Part shown: positions 38,117 to 39,713 of the stretch, in pieces
Layout: every line of letters starts with the position of its first letter
Numbering within the stretch: position 1 is the first letter of the stretch
NCBI GenBank assembly: GCA_024278215.1
Contig: JAJRTR010000191.1
Span: 1-39,713, forward strand
Source: a bacterium
GTDB lineage: Bacteria > UBP15 > UBA6099 > JAJRTR01
Direction of reading: 5' to 3'
Length of the DNA: 39,713 bases
Notes under the pieces: generated by a model
What the model saw: only the letters and a program-made list of their open reading frames with translations
What the model was told of the DNA's origin: nothing
Database searches by the model: none
Program-made: the position numbers and the translations under genes

Positions 38117-38125
38117 TGGTATAAT
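38117..38125 (+). promoter_or_regulatory. Extended -10 promoter element for the aminotransferase
   Basis: TGGTATAAT ends 26 bp upstream of the ATG at 38152; GGGAG RBS. Confidence 0.45.
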
Positions 38126-38151
38126 TCAGACAAAAATCAGGGAGTTCCATC

Positions 38152-39540
38152 ATGGCGAAAATAACATTGGGAAAAGTGCAGGAGTTGCTTGACAGCGAAA
38201 ATAAAAAGTTCGAGGAGATGCGACCGGAATCAAAGAAACTGTATGAATCTACCAGGGCGCATTTCGTGGGCGGTGTGCCCATGTCATGGATGCGGATATG
38301 GGCGGGCGGGTTCCCGATATTCGTCAGGAGCGTGAGTGGCACGAGAATCACGGATGTCGACGGGAACGAATATGTCGACTTCTGCCTCGGCGACACAGGC
38401 GCGCTGACGGGACACGGCCAGCCGGATATCGTTGCGGCTCTGTCGAAACAGATGAAAAACGGGTTTACTCACATGCTGCCCACCGAAGATTGTGTCTGGG
38501 TGGGCGAAGAGCTTGAACGCCGTTTCGGACTGCCGTTCTGGCAGGTGCTCATGACAGCGTCCGACGCGAACAGGATGGCGCTGAAAATCGCGCGCGAGGT
38601 GACCGGCAGGAGAAAGATTCTCGCCTTCAATTTCTGCTATCACGGGAGTGTTGACGAAACACTTTGTGTGGACCTGATGGGCAATATGATGCACGTACCC
38701 GGCCTGCCCGGCCCGATTGTGGACGATCCGTCGCAGACGACAAGGATGGTCGAGTTCAACGATGTACCCGCCCTCGAGAAAGCCCTCGAAAGCAAAGACA
38801 TCGCCTGTGTGATCACAGAGCCGGTGATGACCAACGTCGGTATCATTTACCCTGACCCCGGCTTCCTCGACACTCTGAGAAAACTGACGCGCGACACGGG
38901 TACACTGTTGCTGATCGACGAAACGCACTGTATATGTGGCGGCCCGGCGGGCATGACCGGCGAGTGGGGACTCGAACCCGACATTCTCGTGCTCGGCAAG
39001 CCTATCGCCGGTGGATACCCGGCGGCTGTGATGGGTTTCACAAACGACATCGCGGAAAAACTCGAAAAACGCGTGCCGTGGCACCTCTTCTTCGGCATCG
39101 GCGGCACTCTGTCGGGGAATGCGGCGGCTGTCGCCGGTATGAAAGCCGCGCTTTCGTATGTGCTCACACGCGAAAACTTCGACCGCATGATACCACTGGC
39201 CGAAAGAATGGAAAAGGGAATCGCTTCGCTAATCGCAGATTTTGATCTCGCCTGGTATGTCGCGCGAATCGGCTGCCGCGTGGAATTCCGCTTTATGCCC
39301 CGACCGCCGCGCAATGGGCTCGAGACACTGGCGGATGTTCCCTACAACGAAACAGATATTTTCAACGACGGCCTCACCGGTCCCATGGAGGCGCTGATCC
39401 ACGTTTATTGCGCTAACAGAGGTGTGATGCTTACGCCTGTGCATGAAATGGCGATCGTCGGCCCTACTACCACCGAAGAAGACATCAATCTTTACATCAA
39501 TGTCCTGCGGCAGCTTATTAAAGAACTGACAGCAGAGTAG
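38152..39540 (+). CDS. Class III PLP-dependent aminotransferase (GSA-aminomutase-like subgroup)
   Basis: GGVPMSWM, DVDGNEYVDFCLG, CYHG, LLIDETH, PDILVLGKPIAGG (PLP Lys) and GGTLSGN. Confidence 0.9.
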   Translation: MAKITLGKVQELLDSENKKFEEMRPESKKLYESTRAHFVGGVPMSWMRIWAGGFPIFVRSVSGTRITDVDGNEYVDFCLGDTGALTGHGQPDIVAALSKQMKNGFTHMLPTEDCVWVGEELERRFGLPFWQVLMTASDANRMALKIAREVTGRRKILAFNFCYHGSVDETLCVDLMGNMMHVPGLPGPIVDDPSQTTRMVEFNDVPALEKALESKDIACVITEPVMTNVGIIYPDPGFLDTLRKLTRDTGTLLLIDETHCICGGPAGMTGEWGLEPDILVLGKPIAGGYPAAVMGFTNDIAEKLEKRVPWHLFFGIGGTLSGNAAAVAGMKAALSYVLTRENFDRMIPLAERMEKGIASLIADFDLAWYVARIGCRVEFRFMPRPPRNGLETLADVPYNETDIFNDGLTGPMEALIHVYCANRGVMLTPVHEMAIVGPTTTEEDINLYINVLRQLIKELTAE

Positions 39541-39713
39541 TGTCGTATCAACGATGAAAAGACGTAAGAAAATAATGTTGTAGAAGAAACAGACAAAGGG
39601 CGGGATCACCGTATCCCGACTAAACCTATCTGTATTATAACAGGCAGTGTGCTGTTCGATATTGGGCAGTGCGATACAAAACTTCCGGAAACTGACCTCA
39701 ATCATTATTCTTA

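Noticed and set aside
38152-39540. HemL (glutamate-1-semialdehyde aminomutase) linked to the tetrapyrrole operon
   Set aside because: It has GVPMSWM rather than the HemL GGVNSPVR motif, is 12 kb from the operon, and has no hem genes nearby.

Overview
Bacterial (diderm, moderately GC-rich) genomic window with about 27 protein-coding genes and no rRNA, tRNA or CRISPR array that I can support. The centrepiece is a 10-gene, ~17 kb minus-strand operon (25577->8525). In order it encodes a CobN-family chelatase, a TonB-dependent receptor, an ABC-2 ATPase and permease, a beta-propeller lipoprotein, a giant ECF S-component-like protein, a fused EcfA-A', EcfT, a ChlD-like subunit (His-rich linker) and a ChlI-like subunit. 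Upstream lie a sigma70-like promoter (TTGACT-N17-TATGTT), a NikR-box-like palindrome (GTGCTAC-N13-GTAACAC) and a ~320-nt structured leader with no complete cobalamin riboswitch. My inference is a nickel-regulated system for metallo-tetrapyrrole uptake and (de)chelation rather than ordinary B12 biosynthesis. Other genes include a MazG-like pyrophosphohydrolase, a lipoprotein, a multidomain GH31, a GNAT, an Fe-S nitroreductase, an orphan OppF, and a TetR-TolC-MFP-RND efflux operon. Also present are an MFS transporter with a ~275-aa insertion, a stand-alone homocysteine methyltransferase domain, a small basic/acidic protein and a class III aminotransferase, plus REP-like hairpins and short repeats. 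All family calls come from motif recognition by eye, not from database searches.
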